Assembly (NCBI RefSeq): GCF_036321535.1 | Contig: NC_087437.1 | Coordinates: 118,298,001 to 118,362,000 of the forward strand | Reading direction: 5' to 3' | DNA: 64,000 nt | Origin: Camelus dromedarius | Lineage: Eukaryota | Position numbers and translations under genes: made by a program | Part shown: positions 40,741-52,643 of the stretch, in pieces | Numbering within the stretch: position 1 is the stretch's first letter | Layout of the letters: each line of letters opens with the position of its first letter | The notes under the pieces: model-generated | Told to the model about the DNA's origin: nothing | Databases searched by the model: none | Seen by the model: the letters and a program-made list of their open reading frames with translations, nothing else

Positions 40741-42414
40741 CTTACTACAAAGCTACAGTTATCAAGATAGTGTGGCTGAGAATCAGTGGAAAAGACTTGA
40801 GAGTCCACAAATAAATCCTTTAATTTGAGGTGGGTTAATTTTCAACAAAAGTGATAAAACAATTTAAGGGGAAAAGAATAATCTTTCCAACAAACGATGC
40901 TGAGACAACTGGACATCTACATGCAAAAGACTGAAATTGGACCCCTTCCTCACACCACACACAAAACTTATCTTAAAATGTATCATAGACCTAAATGTAA
41001 GAGCTACAGCTACAAAACTCTTAGAAGAAAAGAGAGGAATAAATCTTTGTAAACCTTCATTAGGCAAAATCTTATTAGATATACCATCAAAAGCAAAACT
41101 GACAAAAGAAAAGTGCATAATCAGACTGTATCAAAATTAAAAGCTCCTTTGCTGCAAACAAAATCATCAGGAAGGTGAGACTATACCCCTTATTTCCAAA
41201 TCATACATCTGATAAGGAACTTATATCCAGGACATATAAAGAACTCTTACAGCACAATGATTTAAAAAATAAATACTCCAGTTAAAATAATGAGATCTAA
41301 TTAGACATTCTACCAAAGAAGATGTGCAAGTGGATGATAATATGAAAAAACACTCACCATCATTATTAGTCATCGGGGAAAAGAAATCAAAACCTCAATG
41401 AAAGTTGCTTTCACTAAATATCAAAAGAGATAACAAATGTCTAAAGGATTTTGAAGAAACTGAACCCTCATTCACTGTTGCTGGAAATGTAAAATGGGAT
41501 GGCCACTTTGGAAAATGGCTTGTCAGTTTCTTTAAAAAGTTAAACAGAGTTACCATCTGACCTAGCAGTTTCACTCCTAGGCACCTACCCAAGAGAAATG
41601 AAAACTTGTGTCCACATAAAAACTTGTACATGAATATTTTAGAAGCGTTATTCATAGAAGCAAAAAAAAATGGCAACAACTCAAATGTACATCAACAGAT
41701 GAATGGATAAATAAAATATGGTATATTCATACAATGAAATATTATTCCAAAATAAAAAGGAATGAAGTATTGATCATTAATATGGATGAATCTTAAAAAC
41801 ACTGTGAAAGAAGTCAGTCACAAAACTCCATATTGTATGATTCCATGTATATGAAATATAGGGACTAGGGAAATTCATAGAGAAAATAGATTCGTGGTTG
41901 CCTAGGGCTGGAGGAGGTTCTATAAAGGGAGAATGAGAATTGACTTCTAATAGGTGAAGGGTTTCTTCTGAGGGTGACAAAAATGTCGTAAAATTCAATG
42001 TGGTGATGGGTGTACATCTCTGTGAATATACTAAAAACCATTGAATTATACACTTTAGATAGGTGTATAATTCAGTTCAATTTAGGGTGAACTGCACAAT
42101 ATAGGAATCACATCTAAATACAGCTGTTTAAAAACTGCATAAGCCAGAAGCAGATAGAATGTTACAGGGTATATTTACTAAAATTTCTCAGTGCACATAA
42201 AGGCTCTTTGCTTAGGAAACAATGTTTTGTTTGTTTGTTTGTTTCACCTTGAAGCCATGATGATCTTCATGGGAGAGCAAATGTTTCATAACAATAGCTA
42301 ATGAGCTCTTAAAGATATAAGCTTAGAAATAGAATAAAAATGCAGGGTGAACATATATTTATTTATAACTTTCAAAACATAGTAAGAATGCAGACTGGAT
42401 GACTATATCACAGA

Positions 42415-42840
42415 CATCATGCATACTGACTGGTCTCCATTCACTACTCTGCCCTATTCTGTCTGCCATATGTGCTTTAAGCAGCTGACCTCCATGGACT
42501 GCATCATCCAGGCTCCTTGGGATTCTGGCTTCCAGGGAGTATGACCAATACACGCCAGAGGGCAGAGTGAGGTCTGATTAAATTTCCCTCTTCCCTCCCT
42601 CCCACACCATGGTTTTGTCAGTGGCTTGTTCCCCATGAACCTGTGAGCAATCCTGTCTTCCATGGTTCTTGTAACTATCACGAGAGTCCTACAATATCTT
42701 TTGTTCCCCTTGCCCCTTCATTCTTCGATGTAGAAAAGCTTTCTGCTAGGAACACTCCTCAGTTGTGTCATCATATCTCATTGGTGCCTACACCTTGGTA
42801 CATGATCCTTCATTGCACCTGCCATCTGATTTCTCCTGGG
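42415..42840 (+). mobile_element. LTR33-like ERVL solo LTR
   Basis: gctgacctccatggactgcatcatccaggctcc...ccccttgccccttca...tgccatctgatttc. Confidence 0.7.
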
Positions 42841-43950
42841 GTGGAGGAGCGGGAATGCTCAGTGGAGAGAGAATTTCACATCTATTCCCTACTCAACAGG
42901 AACCCTGGCCTTTCAGATTCACGGTGGCGGGACAGGATGTGTAAGGATGGGATACTACTGGGTGGCCTTTTGCTTCTATTTTGCCGTGAGACTAGACATG
43001 TTCTTGCAAGCAATAGAGTTTCACTTTAAAAGTCAAATGTTTCCTCCCAAAATGAACAAATTGTAAATGTGGCCTGGGTACCTCTTGTGTAACATCTCAA
43101 ATAAAATAAAAAGAATCCAAGTGATTTTTAAAGGTTCATTGCATTGTACAAATTTGATATCCAAATGCCACTTGAAGCTCTCTGGTCACACATATTTGGA
43201 GTGTGTGACCTGGGTCCAGGGCTTCCACCCCTGCAAGCGTGTGTGCTGGCCTCTGCCTTTGTCTGTGACATGGTTCCCAGACCCACCCAGACTGAGCTGG
43301 CCACAGTCTTCTGTGTCCTAGCCCGGTCACACTAACAGCCTGAGTCTTTCCTCAGGATGGGGAACAATTCATCCAGAACTAGCAAAGCCCAAATAAGACG
43401 TATTTTGCTTACTCTGCCAGATCTCTGAAGGACTGATTTTAAAAGTTAGATGAAATAAAAATATTTGGGTGGGTTTCTTGTGAGTAAGAGATACATTGCA
43501 CTCTTTCTCCAGGCTGCTTTAGCCATTGGTGGTCTCTGTTTGTCCCTTTCCTTCAGGTCCTATGATATCAGATCTCTTCATTAACATACTGGCTGGAGAG
43601 GCTTCTCTCTAGAGTAACCAAGATGTCCAGTGGGGACTGTTTAGGCATTTCACCCATCACGAACCCATCTCTTGGTGATGTACACAAAGGCTGACTTTCA
43701 GGGAAGTCAGTCTCCTGGATGGTGTGATCTGAGGGACCTTTGGGCAGAGCCCTTGTCTGAGAGTATCAGCCCCTCCACCAGTCACTGCTGTGATAGGGTC
43801 ACCCTTTTCATCAGGGTTTCTCTAAGTGTGTGTCTACGTTTGTAGAGAGTGGAGACGGACACTGGCCAGCCTACTAACGCTTGTTTGTTACCTTGGGATG
43901 GGACTGGAAGGACTATGGGAGGGGAGAGATAATTAACATTTTATGGCATT

Positions 43951-44136
43951 GGGGCAGGGTATAGCTCAGTGATACAGTGCATGCTTAGCATGCAGGAGGT
44001 CCTGGGTTCAATCCCCACTACCTCCATTTAAATAAAATAAATGAATAAAATCTAATTATCTCCCCCCAAAATTACAAAAAAATTCAAAAATAAACAAATA
44101 TTTTAAAGAAGAAACAGTTAAAATGGTAATTAAAAA
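43951..44136 (+). mobile_element. vic-1-type SINE with long A-rich tail
   Basis: ggggcagggtatagctcagtgatacagtgcatgcttagcatgcaggaggtcctgggttcaatcccc; degenerate TSD at 43935-43950 and 44137-44152 (13/16). Confidence 0.9.
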
Positions 44137-45564
44137 AACATATTAGGGCATCATTTCACTTGTTGCAAACATATGTGTTACTTAGGTAGTTTAAGAAATT
44201 TAATAACCAGCATTTATTAGGTTAAAAGTCATCCTATAGAATTAGTGTTTTGGGAACACACTTTGGGAACTCTGCTCTCAATGCATTTCCCATTAATAAA
44301 GTCCAGGCTCCTTCCCACAGCCTAGAGGGTCCTGGAAAACCACATCCCAGCCTGGACACGCATCTTCTCCCATGAAGCTCGTGTGCAGGCTGCTGGGTGC
44401 TAGCACCACCAGACAGCCACAGCTCCCAAACACACCAAACATGTCATGCTGGTTTCCTCTGCCAAAAATTTCCTCCTATCCCTCTTTCTGGAGAGAGCCC
44501 ACCCTTAACTACTGGAGCCAGTTCAGCTGTCACCCCTCCTCTGCCAGGCTGAGCTCCAGCACCTTCTCCAGGTTCCCACATGTTCCACATGCTGGCTGTT
44601 GACCCATCTTACGTTTTGGAGACCATCAAGTGCTCACGTGCCCAAATCACACTCAAGAACATCAGGTCTTTACTGAGCTCTCCTTGCCCCTCCCATGTGA
44701 AGCTCTCTACAAGTGTCCTTCCAACAGCCTAGGAGGGAGAGAGGATCCTTTCACCATTTTACCAACCTGGAACCCCAAACTTGGCGAAGTTACAGAACCT
44801 GGCCAAGGTTACATGGCTACTGGCCCTGGTGTAGCCAAGACGTCAACCCTGCTGGCCAGCTTTGGACACCCATGCTCAACCCGGGATCTGGCGTTGAAAC
44901 ATGAGCTCCTCACGAGGCTGCCAGAGTGAATGTCTTATCTTCGCCTTCCCAAAGGAGCTGGCAGGACTGCCACTTGGTAGATGTTTAATAAACGATTGTT
45001 GAACAAATAATGGAAAGATTTGATTCCTTTTAACTTCTCACTAAAACATTATTACTTCCAGGCAGGGTCCCATCTTAATCCCTTATCAAATTACTAGATA
45101 TCTGTTATCAACATCTGAGCCAGGTGAACAAACATAAACATTCCTGATACAGTGCCTGAAACTTGGTAGATTAGTAAATGCCTTCTTTCCTCCCAAAGCC
45201 AGAAAGATGAAGGTTGGATGTGCAAGGTCTGGGAGGGTCACAGGGTTCCTAGAGGACACTGATGCAGTGATGGAGAGGACATCAGAATTAATCCTCAACC
45301 ATCCCACAGTCTCCACTAGCACCAGCCTGTGCACATTGTTAAAATCAAGGAAATTACCCAGTCTGACCTCACTCACCAAAATGTCCACTGTGTACACTCA
45401 TTTTGGCTTAGGAGTTAACAAGGTGCCTTCATGTGCACTGTCTCAAATAAAATCCCCAGCAACCCAGCTCTTGTTTGTAGGTGAAATAATCAAAACTCAG
45501 AAGTGTTCAGTCCTTTGAGATGATGCCAGGCAGAGATGGAGCTGAAATCAAACCTGGGCCTCTC

Positions 45565-46040
45565 TTTTTTTAAATTGAAGTAGAGTTGATTTACAATGTT
45601 TCAGGTGTACAGCAAAGTAATTCAGTTATATAAATATAACATAAATACAATTATATACATATTATATATTCTTTTTCAGATTCTTTTCCATTATAGGTTA
45701 TTACAAGATATTGAATATAGTTCCCTGTGCTGTACAGCAGGACCTTGTTTTTTTTTTAATCTATTTCATATATAATAGTGTGTATCTATTAATCCCAAAT
45801 TCCCAATTTTTCCCTCCCCCCCTTTCCCCTTTGGTAACCATAAGTTTTTCTATGTGAGTCTTTCTGTTTTGTAAATAAGTTCATTTGTATCTTTTTTTAG
45901 GTTCCACATATAAATGATATCATATGATACTTGTCTTACTGTAACTGTATGGCTTACTTCACTTAGTATGATAATCTCTAGGTCCATCCATGTTATGTAG
46001 ATGGCCTTATTTCATTCTTTTTTATGGCTGAGTAGTATTC

Positions 46041-46042
<2 letters not shown>
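45565..46042 (-). mobile_element. Artiodactyl-type L1 3' end, followed by (GT)n at 46043-46086
   Basis: ttgaagtagagttgatttacaatg...ttccctgtgctgtacagcaggacc...ggctgagtagtattcc. Confidence 0.85.
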
Positions 46043-46088
<46 letters not shown>

Positions 46089-46969
46089 ATATACAAATAT
46101 ATGCACTTAAATGTCAATTACATTTAAATGACTGTGACCTGCAGAACTGATACTTTTTAAATAACAGCATTATTGAGAGAGAGTTCACATATGCTACATT
46201 TGATCCATTTAAACTTTACATTTTAGTGGTTTGGTAATATTCACAGAGTTGAGCAACTATCACCAACTCTACATTTAGAAGATGTTTGTCACCCCAGAAA
46301 GAATATCTGTATACACATGTACATACATACAAGAGGAGGTGTGGGGCCCTGGATTTTAGTCTTGCCTCAGTGAATTGTATTATCAGGCATAAATCACCTA
46401 ACCTCCCTAATCCTTGATATTAAGTACCCATGTAAAATGGGAATAATACTGCTCATGCTAGTCTCACAAACATATTGTTAAACATGTATATAAAAGCTAG
46501 GATATTAAAAGGTCACTAAGAATTTATAACTTTATAGGAATATCAGATTATTGCTATTCTCTATTTTTATTACTATGAATTGAGACATAGAAGGAAGAAA
46601 ATATGTTTTACATAATATTTAAATTCTGAGGGTCAAAATTTTTCTAAACAATAAGAAGTTTTTTATTCCATGGTGCTCCAGAAAGCAATTATTATTTGTT
46701 TCTTTGCTGAACCAAACTAAAGAACAAATAATGTGGATTGATGATTGCCCATCTATTTGTGTAAATACAGACGACTATTTTACTCAGGAAAGAATGGTTA
46801 TAATTTTTCAAATCCATATTCCCATGCAACATTAAATACACAAAAATAATAATAGCTCTGAGATTCCAAAAGGGCAAATTCTTTCTGCTCCTTCCTTGTA
46901 AGGACAAGGGCTTCTCCCCCAGATCTAAATCACTGACATTTATGTGATTATGACTTACAGAGCTGATAT

Positions 46970-47815
46970 TTTTTAAATAACAGCATTATTGAGAGATAAG
47001 TCACATATCCTACATTTGACCCATTTAAACTTTACATTTCAATGGTTTGGTAATATTCACAGAGTTGAGCAACCATCACCAAATCTAATTTCAGAAGATA
47101 TTTGTCATCCCAGGAAGAAACGTCACACCCATTTAGCTCTCTTTCCATTTCCCTCCAACACCATTGCCCCCCCCAATCCCCCACCTCCAGCCTTAGGCGA
47201 GCACCATTCTACCAGCTTTCTCTTCGGATTTGCCTATTCTGGACACTTCTTATAAATGGAAACATACAACATGTGACCATTTGTGACTGGCTTCTTTCAC
47301 CTAGCACAGTATTTTCAAGTATTTCCACCCAGGTGGTAGCATGTGTTATACTTCAGTCCTTTCAATGCGTGAATAATATTCTGAACAGTGACATTTATTT
47401 ATTCAGTTTTTTTGGGGGGCAGATAATTAGGTTAATTGATTTACTCTTAGAGGAGGTACTGGGGATTGAACCCAGGACTTCATACATGCTAGGCATGTGC
47501 TCTACCACTTGAGCTATACCCTTCCCCGTGAATAATATTCTGCTGTATCGATACTCCACATTTAGTTTTGCTAGTCATCAGTTGATGGACATCAGAGTTG
47601 TTTCTACTTTTAGCATTATTCTACATTATGTAAAATTCGGCTACAAATATTCATGTACATGCTTGTGTATGGAGATTCTTCTCATTCCTCTTGGGTATAT
47701 ACCTAGGAATGGAACTGCTGGGCTATATAGTAACTCTATTTTAAATTTTTTTGGGAACTCCAAGACTGCTTTCCAAGGTGGTTGCCCAATTTTATATCCC
47801 CACATGCAGCAGAGG
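46970..47815 (-). mobile_element. L1MB-type 3' fragment interrupted by a SINE
   Basis: atattcacagagttgagcaaccatcacca...tttgcctattctggacac...cttgggtatatacctaggaatggaactgctgg. Confidence 0.8.
47384..47527 (-). mobile_element. vic-1-type SINE with perfect 15-bp TSD
   Basis: gaggtactggggattgaacccagg...gagctatacccttcccc; TSD gtgaataatattctg at 47369-47383 and 47528-47542. Confidence 0.92.
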
Positions 47816-49077
47816 AGGATCAGGGATGATTGTTGAAGCTTAATCTGTAAGCTTCTCTCTTAATATTCAGATCTGCAGTTGGGTGACCTGAGCATGTTGC
47901 CTACCCATATCAGCAGTGGACCAGTACCTTCAGGGGAATATTATCTGCCTCTGAAGATCCACGTGTGGATCAAATGAGCTTCAGGGTACCAGCCCAGGGC
48001 AGGTGCTCAGGCAGGGCTGGAGGGCTAACATGACTGGTTTTCAAGTAGGAAAACAACAAAAAGTGACCAAAACATACAGATTACAAAGCTATCATCATTA
48101 TCCATCTCTAAAACAGGGCAGGTCCACTGGAGGAGTACAGGTAAGTTAATCCAGACAGCGCTTAGGCAGAGGGGAACCCATTTTGGGATGAGGATGAACC
48201 CCTGCCTCTCTTCTCTGCCCCAGGCATAAGCCAGGAACAGTGTGAGCCACTCAGGAACAGCAGGGTTGTTCCCAGATATTAGCAGGGAAAGAGGATGGAG
48301 AAGACTGTCCACAGAGGGGACCCAAGCCAGCGGGGCAGAGCGAAATGGTAGCGTCCTGCCAGAACCTGAAATAACGGATCCACCTGGATGCCTTTCCCCA
48401 ACATTAAGATACAAAAGAGCTTGAGCGCCCAGCCTCCTGTGTTCCATGAGAGCAATCGTAGGCGAGAATGACCAGAAATAGTCCGTTTCACTTCCTTTCT
48501 GTGGGGGAAAACCTCTTCCCTGAAGCTCTCACACCAACTGCAAAGGCAAAACCAGAAAGTAGGTTAAAACAGTGACGATGGGTGACTGTGGGCCCTAATT
48601 TAAGCTCAACGTGAAGTGCAGACCTCACCCTATGGCCCCTTACAAGCTCTACCCTAAGCTTTTCCAACAGAATACAAATGAGCACCTCGATTTAGCATAG
48701 CCTGGAATCTGTCACTATGACCCGCCAGAAGGAAGAACCTGGCAGGAAACCGAGACTCCTCTGAAATGTTCTGAAGGAGTGGACGGTGGGTTGCCGGGGG
48801 GTTGGGGTGTGTGTGTGTATGTGTGTAGGAGGCAAGAGTGTCGAGAACATCAAAGGCCCATTTAGGGGAAGTTAGATTAAGCTGTGGCTTTGCTAGTCAA
48901 TCTAGCTGGAAAGATGGCTCAGTTGTTTGCAATTTATCAACTGGCAACACGGTAGAGGGTTAATCACCGAAATCCTGTTTAGCAGCTCGATGTCCATTGT
49001 ATGACACTTTTCCATGAGCAGAGTTTACAAAGGAGCAACAGCAGCAGGGCGCTGGCGGCTCCTTCCGGCGAGGCTCT

Positions 49078-49630
49078 GCCGCGCCGGCCTCGCCCCCCGC
49101 GCTCCGCCCGGCTCCGCTCGCTCGCCACCTGCCCAAGGGCCGCTGCCCGCCCGCCGCCGCCGCTGCCGAGCCGCCCGGGCACGCGGCGCGGCCGGGCTCC
49201 GGGGCGAGGGCTGCGCTCGCCGCGCGCTGCGCTCCTGCACACCTGCTCCCGGGCGCCGCGCCCAACGCTGCGGCCAGAGCGGGCCGGCGGGGCTGCAGCC
49301 CAGGTGCGCCGTCAGCTCAGGCGGCCGCCGGCAGGTCGGCAGGTGGACAGAGCCGCAGACGCGGGCGTGAGCTCATCCCGGGCACCCGGCGCCCCGAATG
49401 CGCAGCAAGCGGCCTCCCGTGCGCCAGCCCTCAGCCTCCACATCCAGGCAGCAGGCGGGCGGGCAGGCTCATCTTTCCTCTCCTGCGGCCCGAATCACAT
49501 TGATCCCTCGCTAACCTTCCCTGCCTGGGAGGCGGGCGGGCGGGCGAGGAGCGAGCGGAGAGGAGGCGAGCGGGGGCTCCCCTCCCCCGCCTCTGGCCGC
49601 CGGGGCGCTCTGCAGTCTTAAAGCAGCAGC
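49078..49630 (-). repeat. Direct duplicate of the DSCAM promoter/5'UTR block 18359-18910, lacking the ATG and donor
   Basis: Base-by-base identical to 18359-18856 (498 bp, offset 30719), then 3 substitutions and 1 indel in the last 54 bp. Confidence 0.97.
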
Positions 49631-50899
49631 CGAGCCTCGGAGCATCCGGAGTCCGAGGCAGGACAGAGGCAGGAGGGGCAGGGCTGGAGGGCATTCAGTC
49701 CAGAAAATGAAGACGTGGGCTGGTCGGCCTACCTATATTCCAGATCCTATATCGAATCTAGCCTTACGTCATGGCTGACTACATCTATTTTTGAAAAGGG
49801 TAAAGAAATGTTACATTGCACTCATAAACCTGCCAGCTTTAAGATAGGTGATCAAAATAGGCCGCACTGACGGCGACACTTGCTGCTTTTCAGAGCGCTT
49901 TCGCATGCATGGCTGCTCCTCGCCCCCGCGATAGTTGTGTGATGCGGGTATTACCAGCTGAGGCTCATTTTCCGAGGAGGAAACAGGCTTGGAGACTGAG
50001 AGTCCACTAATAAATGTGGTGGAGGAGCGGCGCTGTCTTTCCAGCTGCTGGCAGGTGTTCCGAGGCGGCTCTTAAACTACGGCTGCCTGAATTGTCCTCA
50101 CATTCCCTAACTTTTGTAGGAAACACTTTCTAAATTTTTTGTGGATCATTCTCTAAAGGCCTAAAAATAGACAATATATGGTAGATGCTAGGGAGTTTCC
50201 AGTAAACCATGGAGAGCTGGACTCACTCTGCCCCCAGGAACCGGACTCCAAAGACAGTGCAAGAACTGAGTCCCAAAGGACAGAGAGTGGAAATGGAGAT
50301 GATGGTGGGCAAAAGGTGCCAACATAACTTGAAAAGCCATGGAAGGGGAGTTTGTGTGCTGACTTCACAAAGGAGAAGCTGGAACCTTTTTCTGTGGGGA
50401 AGGCTCAACAACAGATAAGGTGCTGGGGCTTTAGGAACCTGGAATGACTGACGGACCCGGAGGCACCAGGTGCTCTGAAGGGGAGTCTTCAAGGAGAGGT
50501 GGCCTCCCAGGTACACTCCCCTGACAGGTGTCTCCTGGAAGATCTTGTCAGGAGACTTGGACAACCCCCCTGAGAGCATCTGGACTCAGTATCAGGAACC
50601 CTGGAAACCCTGTGGATGGGGGTAGATTGTCAGGAAAAAAAAAGGGGGGGACTTCAGTTGAAATCCACATCCCTAAGAGCCTCTCTCCCCACCTTGTTCA
50701 GGTTCCAGAATGCGGCAGCCAAACTTACACCACCCCTGCCTGCATCCTCTGCCTCCTCCGTGAGACTGCAGATTGCTCTTTGGGGAAGTGGTCTTTACAG
50801 GAAGAAAAGACCCAACATTTGGGGACTCCTCTGTGGAAGAGCCTAAAGAGAAGCCCACCAACTAACAGGCTCCTCCCTCCCACCCCCCACACGTGATAC

Positions 50900-52480
50900 G
50901 TAGAGTTTCCTATGGACAACTTTGGTTCTCCTCTTGAAATATAAAGGTACATCCAAGGAGGAACAGACATTTTAAGAAAGGCCCAAACTAAGCAGAAGGA
51001 AACTGGAAAAAAAAGCCTTATAATTAATGACCCCTGGGAAATAACCAAAACATTTTCAACTATGAATCAGGTATATCATGATATGGAAAGGATGACTTAC
51101 ATAAAAATGAGCTCTTGAAAAGTGAAAATATCATAGCAGAAATTTAAAAAATCAGTGGGATGATTGGAAGATAAAGTTGTCAGAAAGTCTCCCAGCAAGT
51201 AGAATGAAAAAGAAAAAAGGATGAAATGCAGGAGGGAAAAAAAAACTAGAATACGAATCAAGGGGATCCAATATCTGAATTATAGGAGCTTCTGAAAAAA
51301 GAGAATAAAGAGAAAAACATACTATCAAGAAAATTATTCAAGAAAGCTTCCCAGAACTGAAGGACATGAGCTTTTGGAATGAAGAGGCACAATAAGTACC
51401 CAGAACAAAAATAAACGAGTGAATGAATGAAGGATTCCGAAGCACGTCAGTTCTGAATTTTGTGACCCCTAGGGATGAGGTAAATACCCTGAGAGTTTCC
51501 TAAAATCTTTCTCATTGAATGATCATGGCCCAGAGGGCGTTGTATTTCTCAATAGCAACACTGGGACACAGAAGAAGGATGTCTAAAATATCTGAGGAAG
51601 AAGAAACGCTGGTCTACTGGTCTACCTTGGCCTCTCCATCAACCTCACAGTGGGCGGTGGAAGAAAGACAAACCTCTCTAAAACATTACCTTCCATGAAT
51701 CGCTTCTCCCAAAGCTACTGAAAGACTTACTTCACCAAAACTAGAGAGTGAAGCATGGAAGAGAAAGACATTCCCCATGCTCCCCGCCAAGAAGCAGGGA
51801 TCCCCACGAGAGAAAGACAGAGGCACCCCAGAAGAATGGAGAAGGGAGAGCCCAGGATGACAGCTGTCAGTCATTCTCAAGTGCAGCCAGTCCGCTTTGG
51901 GGCAGAGCACAGACAGCAACGAGAGGGAGGCTTCTGAGAACAAAACTGTTTAGACGCTAACGGATAACCTGATGTTTCTGAATGAGTGAGAGATGGAGAG
52001 TTCTGTTTGCATGGGTAGGACCACAATGATAGTGATGTAGAAAACAAAACAAGTGGAAGAAGTGAAGTACCTTCAGGAATAACAAAATTTGTATAGGAGA
52101 GGAAAGGTAATTGCAGGACTCCATTGGCCAACTGTGATTACTGTCTACACAGTGATCATATAAATATGGAAACAGAACTAGTCAAAAGTCGATACACTAA
52201 TACATTGAGAGGGTAGGGAGGAGAAGGGTCTTCTTAAGGTGTAAGAGAACAAAAACTCCATCACCCACGGTAGGAAGTCAGTAAATGACGTCTTCAACTG
52301 AATGAAATGAAGAAATCACAATATAATCAGTTTTATTAAGTTCTAAATATGGAAGTCAATACTGGAAAAGAAAAAAAAAGCCCTTAGAAATTGAAAATAG
52401 CTTCTGGGGAGTGCAAGTTGGGGGTGGGAAGGGTAAAGTAATATCTTTTTTTTTTTAATTTAGAAATGCTATGGTAAAAT
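50900..52480 (+). mobile_element. HAL1 (half-L1)-like element
   Basis: ORF1-like A-rich region (ttggaagataaagttg...tccaatatctgaattataggag) followed by gaagggagagcccaggatgacagctgt. Confidence 0.65.
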
Positions 52481-52624
52481 GGCATTGAAAAAAAAAAGGT
52501 GTTTAAAATAAACCATGTCAATGCAGAGTGGCATTCTTCGGAGGCTAATGAGTGACCAGGGTGAGCCTGCCTTTCCTGGGGGTCTGGGCACAGGGCTCAA
52601 CCCAGGTTGGTCCTTTGTGCGGTT

Positions 52625-52643
52625 GGACACCACCTGGTGGCCG
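52625..52643 (-). promoter_or_regulatory. Candidate CTCF site
   Basis: Minus strand CGGCCACCAGGTGGTGTCC closely resembles the CTCF core CCACCAGGKGGCG; motif only. Confidence 0.4.

Larger units (their letters stand above)
33190..42130 (+). mobile_element. Near full-length degenerate L1 (L1MB-like 3' end): 5' region, ORF1 and ORF2 remnants, with nested insertions
   Basis: ORF2 remnants such as 40279-40461 (LTYRFSAIPIKI) and 40937-41140 (DPFLTPHTK...IIDLNVRA), with many stops and frameshifts; L1MB-type 3' end at 41900-42130. Confidence 0.9.

Noticed and set aside
33190..42130. Possible active L1
   Set aside because: ORF1 and ORF2 are fragmented by stops, frameshifts and nested insertions.
48440..48980. 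Possible LTR left of copy 2
   Set aside because: No TG...CA ends or TSD that I could define; it looks more like unique regulatory sequence.
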